Origin: Thermoplasmatota archaeon | Lineage (GTDB): Archaea > Thermoplasmatota > E2 > DHVEG-1 | Length of the DNA: 28,431 bases | Assembly: GCA_036625995.1 (NCBI GenBank) | Contig: JAZKSQ010000001.1 | Span: 1-28,431, forward strand | Direction: 5' to 3' | Part shown: piece by piece, positions 1 through 8,980 of the stretch | How the letters are laid out: each line of letters starts with the position of its first letter | Numbering within the stretch: position 1 is the stretch's first letter | Made by a program: the position numbers and the translations under genes | The notes under the pieces: model-generated | What the model saw: only the letters and a program-made list of their open reading frames with translations | Told to the model about the DNA's origin: nothing | Databases searched by the model: none

Positions 1-91
1 GAATGCTTTAGAAAACTCAATTATAACTTCAAAAGAACATATATCAGAAAATGTTAATAAACATCTAAAAAAAGTTTTATTAAACCAATAA
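1..91 (+). CDS. Possible 3' end of an upstream CDS (partial, unknown function)
   Basis: The frame starting at nt 2 reads NALENSIITSKEHISENVNKHLKKVLLNQ to TAA at 89-91 and is followed by AT-rich intergenic sequence. No family recognised. Confidence 0.35.
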   Translation, partial: NALENSIITSKEHISENVNKHLKKVLLNQ

Positions 92-236
92 CCCGAATTT
101 TTTGGCTAGAAAGATTCTTTTTCATGGTTTCAAAATATTTAGATAAAAAAAATTTGTTAGTAGTTTTTAATGAAGATTATTAAATCTTATTAAGTAAGGC
201 TTATTAGGGATAAATTGATACCTAGGCTGAAAAAAA

Positions 237-244
237 TATAAATA
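237..244 (+). promoter_or_regulatory. Candidate TATA box of the group 3b hydrogenase operon
   Basis: TATAAATA preceded by an A-rich BRE-like tract (CTGAAAAAA), 30 nt upstream of the ATG at 275. Confidence 0.4.
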
Positions 245-274
245 AAGCAAATAGGTCAACTGAAGTGGTTTGAT

Positions 275-2215
275 ATGAAGATTATATCAAAAGAAGATTT
301 CAATAATTTTATTGATGAATTAATCAGTGATGAAAAATATGACGTGCATGGACCTAAAGAAAAATATGGTGCAAAAAACAAATTTGTGTTTGGCCCTTTA
401 GACTCTTCGGATCAGTTAAGACTAGATTATGATACGACTATATTGCCTCCTAAAAAATATTTTTTACCACAGTATGAAACCATGATGGAATTCAATCTAG
501 ATAAACCACTTGATATTAAAAAAGAAAAGGAAAATAAAAAGAAGCTGCTACTGGGAATTCATCCTTATGATCTGATAGCTATCCTCCAAATGGATAACTA
601 TTATCTTGACAAAGAAGATGTTTCAAAATCCTATTTGGAACGTAGAAAGAATACAATATTAGTTGGTTCCGATGTACTTAATGTATCAGAAAAAGCATTT
701 TTTGGAAGTATGAATACTGGTTCCCTTAACGAAGGATATGCCCTGTTTTTAACTGATTTAGGCAGTAAGGTAGCTATCGAGATAGGCAGCAAGGAGGGAG
801 AAAAATTAATAAAAAAAGCTTCAAGGATGAGAGAAGCTGAGGATTTCGAAAAACAAAAAGTAAAATATGTAAGGAAAATAGCTAACGAAGAATCGGGAAG
901 AGGACTTAAGGTTCATCCTTCTGAATGGTATAATTTACTTGAAGAAAATTATGATAGTGATGTATGGAAAAAACAATCTGATAAATGCCTGTCCTGTGGA
1001 ACATGTACGATGGTTTGTCCAACTTGTTTTTGTTATGATGTAAATGATTATGTCGATTTAAACAAAAAAGGTAAAAGGGTTAGGACATGGGATGGTTGTC
1101 TACTTAGAGATTTTACAAAAGTTGCTTCAGGTGAAATTTTTAGAGAAGACATAATGGATAGATATAGACATCGTTTTTTTAGGAAAGGAAAATATCTACC
1201 TGATAGATTAGGTTATATCGCATGTGTTGGCTGTGGAAGATGTTCAAGTCAATGCGTCCCTGATATTGCAGATCCAGTTAAAGTTATGAACATGGTTTTT
1301 GATGAATCGGATCATTTAATAGAAAAAAAAGAATTTAATTCAAAAAGTATTAAATTGAAACTTGATGAGGTTGATGAAAAAAAATCTAGGAATTTACATA
1401 AACCCTCCCCGGCAACTATCAAAAGGGTAAAAAAATTGACTGAAAATGATACGCTTTTTGAAATACAGTTAGATGAGGGAAAAAAACTTGGCCATGACCC
1501 AGGTCAGTTTGTAGAGTTGTCAATTGCAGGTATAGGAGAAGCTCCTTTTTCAGTTTCTTCAGCTCCTAACGGTAAATCATTTGAACTTGTTATCCGTCGG
1601 ATTGGAGATGTCACAACGGCATTAGAAGACATGAAGACTGGTAACAAAATAGGTATACGCGGACCGTTAGGTAAAGGTTTTGATGTAAATGAATTAAAAG
1701 GAAGAGATTTGTTGTTTATAGCTGGAGGAATAGGAATTGTTCCTTTGCGTTCACTTATAAATTATGTTATTGATAAAAATAATAGGAAAGATTACGGGGA
1801 AATTACGATATTATATGGATGTAAAGAACCCTGTGAGATGTTATTTAGAGAGGAGGTAGATGAATGGGATAAACGTGATGATATTAATCATCGTTTAACT
1901 GTAGATAGCTGTCCAGAAGGAGAATGTTGGGATGGAGACATAGGATTGATAACGAAACTTATTCCTAAAGTCACTTTCGATCCAAAAAACACTTACTCAA
2001 TTATTGTGGGTCCGCCTGTTATGTATAGATTTTGTATCCAACTTTTGCTTGATATGGGTGTACCTGATGAAAACATTATCGTGTCTCTTGAAAGACGAAT
2101 GAAATGTGGAGTAGGTAAATGTGGACATTGTCAAATAAATAACCTTTATGTATGCAAAGATGGACCTGTTTTTAATTATAAAGAAATCAAGGATTTACCG
2201 GAGGCTTTTACATGA
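275..2215 (+). CDS. hydB/hydG: Group 3b (sulf)hydrogenase beta+gamma fusion (4Fe-4S dicluster domain + FAD/NAD(P)-binding 2Fe-2S domain)
   Basis: N-half has CLSCGTCTMVCPTCFC and CVGCGRCSSQC (HydB/AsrA type). C-half has GEAPFS, GPLGKGF, AGGIGIVP, VGPPVMY and ERRMKCGVGKCGHC...CKDGPVF (HydG/AsrB type). One continuous 646-aa frame, directly upstream of hydD and hydA. Confidence 0.9.
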   Translation: MKIISKEDFNNFIDELISDEKYDVHGPKEKYGAKNKFVFGPLDSSDQLRLDYDTTILPPKKYFLPQYETMMEFNLDKPLDIKKEKENKKKLLLGIHPYDLIAILQMDNYYLDKEDVSKSYLERRKNTILVGSDVLNVSEKAFFGSMNTGSLNEGYALFLTDLGSKVAIEIGSKEGEKLIKKASRMREAEDFEKQKVKYVRKIANEESGRGLKVHPSEWYNLLEENYDSDVWKKQSDKCLSCGTCTMVCPTCFCYDVNDYVDLNKKGKRVRTWDGCLLRDFTKVASGEIFREDIMDRYRHRFFRKGKYLPDRLGYIACVGCGRCSSQCVPDIADPVKVMNMVFDESDHLIEKKEFNSKSIKLKLDEVDEKKSRNLHKPSPATIKRVKKLTENDTLFEIQLDEGKKLGHDPGQFVELSIAGIGEAPFSVSSAPNGKSFELVIRRIGDVTTALEDMKTGNKIGIRGPLGKGFDVNELKGRDLLFIAGGIGIVPLRSLINYVIDKNNRKDYGEITILYGCKEPCEMLFREEVDEWDKRDDINHRLTVDSCPEGECWDGDIGLITKLIPKVTFDPKNTYSIIVGPPVMYRFCIQLLLDMGVPDENIIVSLERRMKCGVGKCGHCQINNLYVCKDGPVFNYKEIKDLPEAFT

Positions 2216-2997
2216 AAAAACCAAAAATAGCTTTTTTTGATTTCTCAAGCTGCGAAGGATGTCAGCTACAGGTAGCAAATCTAGAAGAAAAAATAATAGA
2301 TGTGGCTGAAGTCGTAGAAATAGTGTCATTCAGAGAAATCATGAAAGAACATAGTGATGATTATGATATAGTATTTGTAGAAGGTTCAATATGTAGGCCT
2401 ATTGATGAAAAAAGATTGAAAAAAATCCGAGAAAAATCAAAGACAGTTATAGCTTTGGGAGCTTGTGCTCATCTTGGAGGAGTTCAAAGGTTAAGTAATA
2501 AATGGAGTTCTGATGAAAACAAAAAACAGGTATATCCGGAGGCGAATAAAAAAGATATATCTGATAAAAATAAGTATTTCGAAAAACCTCGTCACCGTGC
2601 TCTTGATGAAATAATTGAGGTTGATTATGTTATCCCTGGTTGTCCGATTGATAGAGATGAATTTATAAAAGTTTTAGTGGCTCTTATACAGGGAAAAAAA
2701 CCTCCAATCCCGGATTATCCAGTTTGTGTTGAATGTAAAAAAAGAGAGAATATATGTCTTTTTTCGATAGGTAAATTTTGTATGGGACCTGTTGCAAGGG
2801 CTGGATGTGGTGCAATTTGTCCTACGTTTGGGGCTGAATGCGAGGCTTGCCGAGGTTATGTAAGTCATCCTCATGAGAAAGCCCAAACTGATGTACTCGA
2901 AGAGTATGGGTTAGACGCTGAAGAAATAATGAATAGAAAAACTATGTTTACCAATAAATATGTAGAAACTAAGACGAAGGGGGAAGAAAATGAGTAA
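2212..2997 (+). CDS. hydD: Group 3b [NiFe]-hydrogenase small (delta) subunit
   Basis: SSCEGC, GACA, GCP proximal-cluster motifs plus Cys-rich C-terminus (PVCVEC...CMGP...GCGAICP...CEACRG). ATGA overlap with the previous gene; GGAGG SD. Confidence 0.93.
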   Translation: MKKPKIAFFDFSSCEGCQLQVANLEEKIIDVAEVVEIVSFREIMKEHSDDYDIVFVEGSICRPIDEKRLKKIREKSKTVIALGACAHLGGVQRLSNKWSSDENKKQVYPEANKKDISDKNKYFEKPRHRALDEIIEVDYVIPGCPIDRDEFIKVLVALIQGKKPPIPDYPVCVECKKRENICLFSIGKFCMGPVARAGCGAICPTFGAECEACRGYVSHPHEKAQTDVLEEYGLDAEEIMNRKTMFTNKYVETKTKGEENE

Positions 2998-4288
2998 AAA
3001 TGTATCCATTAATATCGACCATGTAACCAGAGTTGAAGGTCACGGAAATATCGTGTTAAATGCAAAAAACGGTGAAATCAAGAAGTTAGAATGGCAGATA
3101 TCTGAAGCACCTAGATTTTTCGAGTCCTTTGTTAGAGGTAGACCTTATGGCGAAATATCTCATATAACTTCAAGGATATGTGGGATTTGTTCTATTGGAC
3201 ATGCTTTAACTGCTTTAAAAGCTATTGAAAACGCTATGAATATAGATATATCTAAACAGACAGAGCTTCTTAGAAAAATAGCTCTGCACGGTGAAAATAT
3301 GCAGAGTCATATCTTGCATGTTGGATACCTGGTTTCGCCTGATTTATTTTCTGCAGGGAGTGTAATACCTTTAATCGGATCAGCACCGGATACAGTTAAA
3401 AAAATTATTAAACTTCATAGACTGGCTAATGAAATGTCAGAGCTCCTATGTGGTAGAACAACCCATCCGATAAGTCTAATTCCAGGTGGTTTTTCATATA
3501 TCCCATCAGAAAAAAAATTAAAAAATCTTAAAAAAAGACTCGAAGAAATACTTCCTGTTTGTGATGAAGTAGCTAAGGTGATCAAAAAAAATTCTGATAA
3601 ACTCCCAGATTTCAAGCGTGAAACAGAATACATAGGACTTAAAAAAGAAGATGAATATGCATTATATGATGGAGTGATAGCCTCAACAGATACTGGTGAA
3701 CATAAAGTAAAGAATTATGATAAGATTATAAAAGAATTTGTAGTGCCTCAATCAACTGCTAAATATGCAAAACACACCCGAGACTCATATATGGTAGGTG
3801 CTCTAGCGCGTTTTAATCTCAACTCGAAATCATTAAGAAAGAAAGCTAAACAATGGGCTAAAAGCTTCGGTCTCGAGGCGATTAACTATAATCCTTTTAT
3901 GAACAATATCGCTCAAATCGTTGAATATATCCATTCAGTTGAAGATAGTATAGCTTTAATAGATGAACTATTTGAAGAAGAGGTTGATCGTTACGAAAAA
4001 CCTGATTTTGAAGTTAAACCAGGGAGAGGAGTGGGCGCAATTGAAGTTCCAAGAGGTATATTATTTCATGATTACACCTTTGATAAAAACGGTACTTGTA
4101 CAAATGGAAACTGTATAATTCCAACCAATCAAAACCATAACAACATCCAAAAAGATATGGAGGAATTTGTACCTCAGATAATAGATAAACCAAAAAAAGA
4201 AATTGAGTTAAATCTTGAAATGTTGGTTAGAGCTTATGATCCATGTATTTCCTGCAGTACACATTATCTTGATGTAGAATTCAGATGA
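2990..4288 (+). CDS. hydA: Group 3b [NiFe]-hydrogenase large (alpha) subunit
   Basis: RVEGHG, L1 SRICGICSIGH, L2 YDPCISCSTH followed by a 7-aa cleavable extension (YLDVEFR). Confidence 0.95.
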   Translation: MSKNVSINIDHVTRVEGHGNIVLNAKNGEIKKLEWQISEAPRFFESFVRGRPYGEISHITSRICGICSIGHALTALKAIENAMNIDISKQTELLRKIALHGENMQSHILHVGYLVSPDLFSAGSVIPLIGSAPDTVKKIIKLHRLANEMSELLCGRTTHPISLIPGGFSYIPSEKKLKNLKKRLEEILPVCDEVAKVIKKNSDKLPDFKRETEYIGLKKEDEYALYDGVIASTDTGEHKVKNYDKIIKEFVVPQSTAKYAKHTRDSYMVGALARFNLNSKSLRKKAKQWAKSFGLEAINYNPFMNNIAQIVEYIHSVEDSIALIDELFEEEVDRYEKPDFEVKPGRGVGAIEVPRGILFHDYTFDKNGTCTNGNCIIPTNQNHNNIQKDMEEFVPQIIDKPKKEIELNLEMLVRAYDPCISCSTHYLDVEFR

Positions 4289-4292
4289 AAAC

Positions 4293-4769
4293 ATGAAAAA
4301 AAATGCGGTGATTGGATTAGGTAATCCGTTGAGAAGAGACGACGGTATAGGGATATCAGTTTTAAAAAGGTTAGATGAAATTAAAAAAAGATTACCAGCG
4401 GATACAGAATTCATAGATGGTGGCACCGGTGGTTTTAATCTTTTTCACATAATTTCAAAATATAATTCAGTATTGATTATAGATGGGATTTACTTGAGTT
4501 TAAATCCCGGGGAATCTAAACTTTTCAATTTTTATGATATAGAATCAAGTAAAAAAAAATCGTTGAATATTTCTACTCATGAAGAAGATTTCTTAAAAAT
4601 AATTTCCATTGCAAGAAAAATCAATAATAAACCAGAAAAAATTTATATTTATGGAATTCAACCTAAAAACACAGGTTTAGGAAATTCTTTATCAAAAGAA
4701 ATTAAAAAAAATATAGGAAAATACACAAGAGAACTGGAAGAAATAATTAATGATCTATTTGTAGAATAA
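4293..4769 (+). CDS. hycI: Hydrogenase maturation endopeptidase (HycI/HybD family)
   Basis: GLGNPLRRDDGIG, DGGTGG, IIDG and STH motifs; immediately after hydA. Confidence 0.9.
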   Translation: MKKNAVIGLGNPLRRDDGIGISVLKRLDEIKKRLPADTEFIDGGTGGFNLFHIISKYNSVLIIDGIYLSLNPGESKLFNFYDIESSKKKSLNISTHEEDFLKIISIARKINNKPEKIYIYGIQPKNTGLGNSLSKEIKKNIGKYTRELEEIINDLFVE

Positions 4770-4790
4770 AATGTTATGAATTTAAGGGAA

Positions 4791-5093
4791 TTAATCATTA
4801 AATTTACTTTTGTTAATTAGTGAAAATAAGAAAATAAATAGCCAGACTGTTGCTGTAAAAAAATCCGCTATAAAAGTAATCCAAAACTCTAATGTATAAA
4901 AAGTAAAAGCCATAATATACAAACCCACGGTTGTGAGTGCAGCGGTATAAAGATTTAAAACTAAATTCTTTCTCCAAACATCAATAAGTTGAGGTAAAAG
5001 GATAAACCCAAATAATAAGCCGATAACAGCTATGACTATATCCTGCCAACAAGTTATATTTCCCAAAATTAACTCAAATAAACTTTCTAACAT
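4791..5093 (-). CDS. Small 3-TM membrane protein, PQ-loop/SemiSWEET-like
   Basis: 100 aa with three hydrophobic segments; ILLPQLIDVWRK after TM1 resembles the PQ-loop signature. Confidence 0.55.
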   Translation of the reverse strand: MLESLFELILGNITCWQDIVIAVIGLLFGFILLPQLIDVWRKNLVLNLYTAALTTVGLYIMAFTFYTLEFWITFIADFFTATVWLFIFLFSLINKSKFND

Positions 5094-5197
5094 AATCTAA
5101 TTTTGAGAAGAGAAAAAGCATAGACTATAAATAAAAGTTATCCATCGAAAGATTAGAAATAAAAATTAGTTAGAATATTGGTATGAGGTATTATTCT

Positions 5198-6250
5198 ATG
5201 AGCAAAAAAATAATGCTTTCGCAGGGTGCCGGCGGAAAACAGATGGATGATTTTATTCAAAAAAAGATTACTAAATTTTTTAAAAATAAAAATAATGCGG
5301 AAATACCCCTATCTATGATGGATGACGCAGCTGTCATAGATGATGTGGTATTTACAACAGATTCACATACTATTAGGCCTTTAATTTTTCCTGGGGGAAA
5401 TCTAGGTTCTTTATCTGTTTGTGGAACAGTAAATGATATAGCTGTTATGGGTGCAAAACCTTTGGCTTTATCTGCAGGTTTCATAATTGAAGAAGGGCTC
5501 GCCTATAATATTTTCGAAAAAATCGTTAAATCGATGGGTGAGTATGCTGAAAAATCAGGTGTAGATATTGTGACTGGAGATACCAAAGTTGTAGAAAAAA
5601 AAGCGATTCAAGAATTTATGATTAATACCTCAGGAATAGGAAAAAGAACAGAACTTTTAGAAGAAAATCTTAGAAAATTAAATCAAAAAAGATATACAAA
5701 TTATAGATGGCTTACAGATTCAAATTTAAAAAAAGGCGATAAAATTATTATATCTGGAAATATCGGAGAACACGGTATTGCACTGATGTCATTTAGAGAA
5801 GGATATGGTTTTGAAACAAAAGTAAAATCAGATGTCGCTCCTATAAATTCTTTAGTCGAATCAGCTCTAAAAGTAGGAGGTGTTGTATCTGCAAAAGATC
5901 CCACTCGAGGAGGACTTGCTAACACTTTAAATGAACTAAGCGAGAAATCAAAAATAGGGATTAAAGTATTTGAAGATAAAATCCCTATGTCAAAAGGTGT
6001 AAAATCAGCTTGTGATATATTAGGTTTAGATCCTTTAAGTATTGGAAATGAAGGAAAGGTAGTTTTAGGAGTTAGCCCAGAAAAAGCAGACGAGGTTTTA
6101 GAAAGTATAAAGAACAAAAGATATGGTAAAAAAGCATCTATCATAGGCGAAGTATCAGATGAAATAGATGGAGTAATTCTTGAAACTTCGATAGGTGGAA
6201 AAAGAAATCTCGATAAGCCTTTAGGTGATCCTGTTCCAAGAATATGTTGA
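5198..6250 (+). CDS. hypE: Hydrogenase maturation protein HypE (carbamoyl dehydratase)
   Basis: GAGG, TTDSH, GTVNDIAVMGA, TGDTKVV, DPTRGG and C-terminal PRIC. Start moved from 5183 to ATG 5198, which lies 8 nt after GAGGT (5185-5189). Confidence 0.95.
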   Translation: MSKKIMLSQGAGGKQMDDFIQKKITKFFKNKNNAEIPLSMMDDAAVIDDVVFTTDSHTIRPLIFPGGNLGSLSVCGTVNDIAVMGAKPLALSAGFIIEEGLAYNIFEKIVKSMGEYAEKSGVDIVTGDTKVVEKKAIQEFMINTSGIGKRTELLEENLRKLNQKRYTNYRWLTDSNLKKGDKIIISGNIGEHGIALMSFREGYGFETKVKSDVAPINSLVESALKVGGVVSAKDPTRGGLANTLNELSEKSKIGIKVFEDKIPMSKGVKSACDILGLDPLSIGNEGKVVLGVSPEKADEVLESIKNKRYGKKASIIGEVSDEIDGVILETSIGGKRNLDKPLGDPVPRIC

Positions 6251-6342
6251 TATATTCCACAAATTATTAAATACCTTAGAGGATTACCTTCAAATAAAAA
6301 TGCATTTAACTCTTACGTTAAAATGGAGGTTTAATAGTAAAA

Positions 6343-6780
6343 ATGGACAAACCCCTTCCTAAATCATTTAAAAAAGCACTATGGGTATATCATTGTAATT
6401 CAGGATCTTGTAATGGTTGTGATATTGAAATAATTGCTGCTTTATGTCCTCGTTATGATGTAGAAAGATTTGGAATCAAATTGGTAGGAACACCCCGTCA
6501 TGCTGATGTTTTACTTGCAACTGGCCCAGTTACACGTCAACAAGCTAAAAGAGTTAAAAGAATATATGATCAAATACCTGATCCAAAAGCAGTTATCTGC
6601 GTTGGAAACTGTGGCAATACTGGAGATGTATTTTATGAATCATACAATCTAGTTGGACCGATCGATAACATAATACCAGTAGATGTACATGTAATAGGAT
6701 GTCCTCCACGTCCAGAGGCGATAATTAATGCTGTGGCAAAAGCTTGGACTAAACTTGAAACTTTGGAGGCAAAAAAATGA
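6343..6780 (+). CDS. mbhJ: Group 4 [NiFe]-hydrogenase small subunit (MbhJ/EchC/NuoB-like)
   Basis: GSCNGCDIE, PRHADVLL.TGPVT, VGNC and GCPPRPE motifs. Confidence 0.9.
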   Translation: MDKPLPKSFKKALWVYHCNSGSCNGCDIEIIAALCPRYDVERFGIKLVGTPRHADVLLATGPVTRQQAKRVKRIYDQIPDPKAVICVGNCGNTGDVFYESYNLVGPIDNIIPVDVHVIGCPPRPEAIINAVAKAWTKLETLEAKK

Positions 6781-7322
6781 GCGGAAAAGATAAACTTAGT
6801 CCTGAAGAAATTGTCGATTATTTCAAGGAAGAGTTTTCAAAAAAAATTATGGATTCACGAATTGAAAGACATTCAATCGGTCCTAAAAAAAATGATCTAA
6901 TTCAAATATGGTTTAGGATAGATAGAGAAATATTTAAAGATATAGTTAAACATCTAATGAATTTAGAAGAATATCCTCATTTTGCAGTATCCTCCGGATA
7001 TGAATGGAAAGATAAAATAGAAATCGTAAATCATTTTTCGATATATAATGGTAACAAAGGGAAAGAAATAACTATAAACTTCACTGTTCCTCTTCCAAAA
7101 TCCGACCCAACTATAGAGACAATAAGCGATCTTATACCAGGTGCATTAATTTCAGAACAAGAAAAACAAGAAATGCTTGGTATAAAGGTTAAAAATATAC
7201 CAAAAGATAAACGTGTTTTTATATCAGAAGATTTTCCCGAGGAAATGTATCCTTGGAGAAAAGACGAAAAGTCAGCTGAAAAAATGGGTAGAAATCTGCA
7301 TGAGGTGAAAGAAAATGAGTGA
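6777..7322 (+). CDS. mbhK: Group 4 hydrogenase NuoC-like subunit (MbhK/EchD-like)
   Basis: Lies between the small and large subunits with overlapping stop/start codons. The EQEKQEMLGIKV...KRVFISEDFP..YPWRKD pattern matches the NuoC C-terminal motif. Confidence 0.85.
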   Translation: MSGKDKLSPEEIVDYFKEEFSKKIMDSRIERHSIGPKKNDLIQIWFRIDREIFKDIVKHLMNLEEYPHFAVSSGYEWKDKIEIVNHFSIYNGNKGKEITINFTVPLPKSDPTIETISDLIPGALISEQEKQEMLGIKVKNIPKDKRVFISEDFPEEMYPWRKDEKSAEKMGRNLHEVKENE

Positions 7323-8544
7323 AAACGTTGAAAAAGGAACATACAAGATCCCTATAGGTCCTATTCACCCTGCTTTAAAAGAACCAGTAATGTTTGGTTT
7401 TGAGATAGATGGAGAACGTATAGTTGATGCAGATGTTTATCTTGGACATGTCCATAGAAGTATAGAATGGACTGGAATGAGGAGAAATCCTATTCAAGTA
7501 TTATATCTCGCTGAAAGGATCTGTGGTATATGTTCTTATTGTCATCCAATGTCTTTTGCGCTCGCAGTTGAACGAATCTCTGACATTGAAGTACCTGAAA
7601 GAGCTGAATATCTTCGTGTAATACATGGCGAGCTTGAACGTATTTGTTCCCATACTCTTTGGGCCGGAGTAGCTGCCCACGAAATAGGTTTTGATAGCGT
7701 TTTATATTTCACCTGGCAGATCAGAGAAAAAGCATTAGATTTGACCGAATATTTAACCGGTAATAGAGTTACCAAGGCTATTACTATGATAGGGGGAGTT
7801 AGAAGAGATATAACTGAAGATATGCATCCTAAAATAAATGAAACATTAAAATTCTTAAAAGACAATTTCGAAAAATTGAGAAAGATATTTCTTGACGACA
7901 AAACTGTTAAGATTAGGACAAAAAACTGTGGAGTATTAACTAAAGAGAAAGCATTAAAATTATGTGCTGTTGGACCCACAACAAGAGCGTCAGGAGTTAA
8001 AAAAGACGTGCGTTTAGATCAATCCTATTTTGCCTATGATCAATTGGATTTTGACTATGTAACTCCAGATGTACTAACTGGAGAAGTAAATGGAGATGTA
8101 TATGATAGAATAATAGTTCGTTTATTAGAAGTGAAACAATCTATCGAATTAATAGAGCAAGCAGTAAAACAAATGCCTGAAGGAGACATAGTGGCTGAAG
8201 AAAAAATTGCAAAACTTCTATCACAATTAAAAAAAGTTGAGGGTGAAGGAGTAGGGAGAATGGAAGCTCCTCGTGGTGAAGTTATTCATTATGTTAAAAT
8301 GGATAAAAGCGAACATCCTTATTCATGGAAAGTTAGAGCACCCACCTATAACAATATATTACCTTGGATACCGATGCTTAAAGGCGAACAAATAGCAGAT
8401 ATTCCAATAGTTGCAGCTTCAACAGATCCATGTATGTCATGTACAAATAGAGTAGCTATTGCACATGAAGATAAAAAATATAAGCTATCAAAAGACCAGC
8501 TACATAAAATGAGTGTTGAAAAAACAAGGAGGCTAACGAAATGA
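7315..8544 (+). CDS. mbhL: Group 4 [NiFe]-hydrogenase large subunit (MbhL-like)
   Basis: IPIGPIHPALKEP, L1 ERICGICSYCH, EAPRGE, L2 DPCMSCTNR followed by a 30-aa extension resembling that of Thermococcales MbhL. All four Ni-ligating Cys are present. Confidence 0.92.
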   Translation: MSENVEKGTYKIPIGPIHPALKEPVMFGFEIDGERIVDADVYLGHVHRSIEWTGMRRNPIQVLYLAERICGICSYCHPMSFALAVERISDIEVPERAEYLRVIHGELERICSHTLWAGVAAHEIGFDSVLYFTWQIREKALDLTEYLTGNRVTKAITMIGGVRRDITEDMHPKINETLKFLKDNFEKLRKIFLDDKTVKIRTKNCGVLTKEKALKLCAVGPTTRASGVKKDVRLDQSYFAYDQLDFDYVTPDVLTGEVNGDVYDRIIVRLLEVKQSIELIEQAVKQMPEGDIVAEEKIAKLLSQLKKVEGEGVGRMEAPRGEVIHYVKMDKSEHPYSWKVRAPTYNNILPWIPMLKGEQIADIPIVAASTDPCMSCTNRVAIAHEDKKYKLSKDQLHKMSVEKTRRLTK

Positions 8545-8942
8545 AATTTTCTATGCTTCCACAGGTTCTAATTCAGCTTTTTAAAAAGCCGTTTACAAAT
8601 AAATTCCCTGCGAAATATATTCCTTCTTCAGTAACAAATTTTTTTAAGGATGTAGAAGAAGGAAAAAAGGAGATGATTCCACCGGTTGAAACACCCTCAG
8701 GTTTCAGAGGAAAAATAAAGTATGACAGGGAATCATGCATAGGATGTAAATTATGTATTAAGGTTTGTCCGACAGAAGCAATTGAATTCAAACCTGAAGA
8801 TAAAAAAATCAAGATTTATCTTTCAAGATGCTGTTTTTGCAGTCAATGCAATGATATATGTCCAAAAAACTGCCTTACAATGGGAGATGAGTTTCTTCTT
8901 GCCGATACAGACAAATACTCTGATGATTTGATAGTAGAATAA
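8541..8942 (+). CDS. mbhN: 2x[4Fe-4S] ferredoxin-like subunit (MbhN/EchF/NuoI-like)
   Basis: KPFTNKFP, FRGKIKYDRESCIGCKLCIKVCP and CCFCSQCNDICP. Confidence 0.9.
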   Translation: MKFSMLPQVLIQLFKKPFTNKFPAKYIPSSVTNFFKDVEEGKKEMIPPVETPSGFRGKIKYDRESCIGCKLCIKVCPTEAIEFKPEDKKIKIYLSRCCFCSQCNDICPKNCLTMGDEFLLADTDKYSDDLIVE

Positions 8943-8980
8943 AAAAATAATAAAATCTTAAATTTATTTTATTGAAATAT

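Noticed and set aside
92-274. SurR-type GTT-N3-AAC or NikR-type operators at hydrogenase promoters
   Set aside because: No convincing match found by eye. Only a weak CTTATTA repeat is present, which is within chance for this composition.
1367-1430. GAGGT + ATG + A8 run inside the hydB-hydG linker, as a relic or internal hydG start
   Set aside because: The ATG is out of frame, only 2 nt from the SD-like motif, and stops after 18 codons. No frameshift is needed to explain the fusion.
6334-6345. In-frame ATA 9 nt upstream of the mbhJ ATG as a third AUA start
   Set aside because: A normal ATG is available, and long SD spacing (14 nt) also occurs at the ZIP gene, so there is no need to invoke it.
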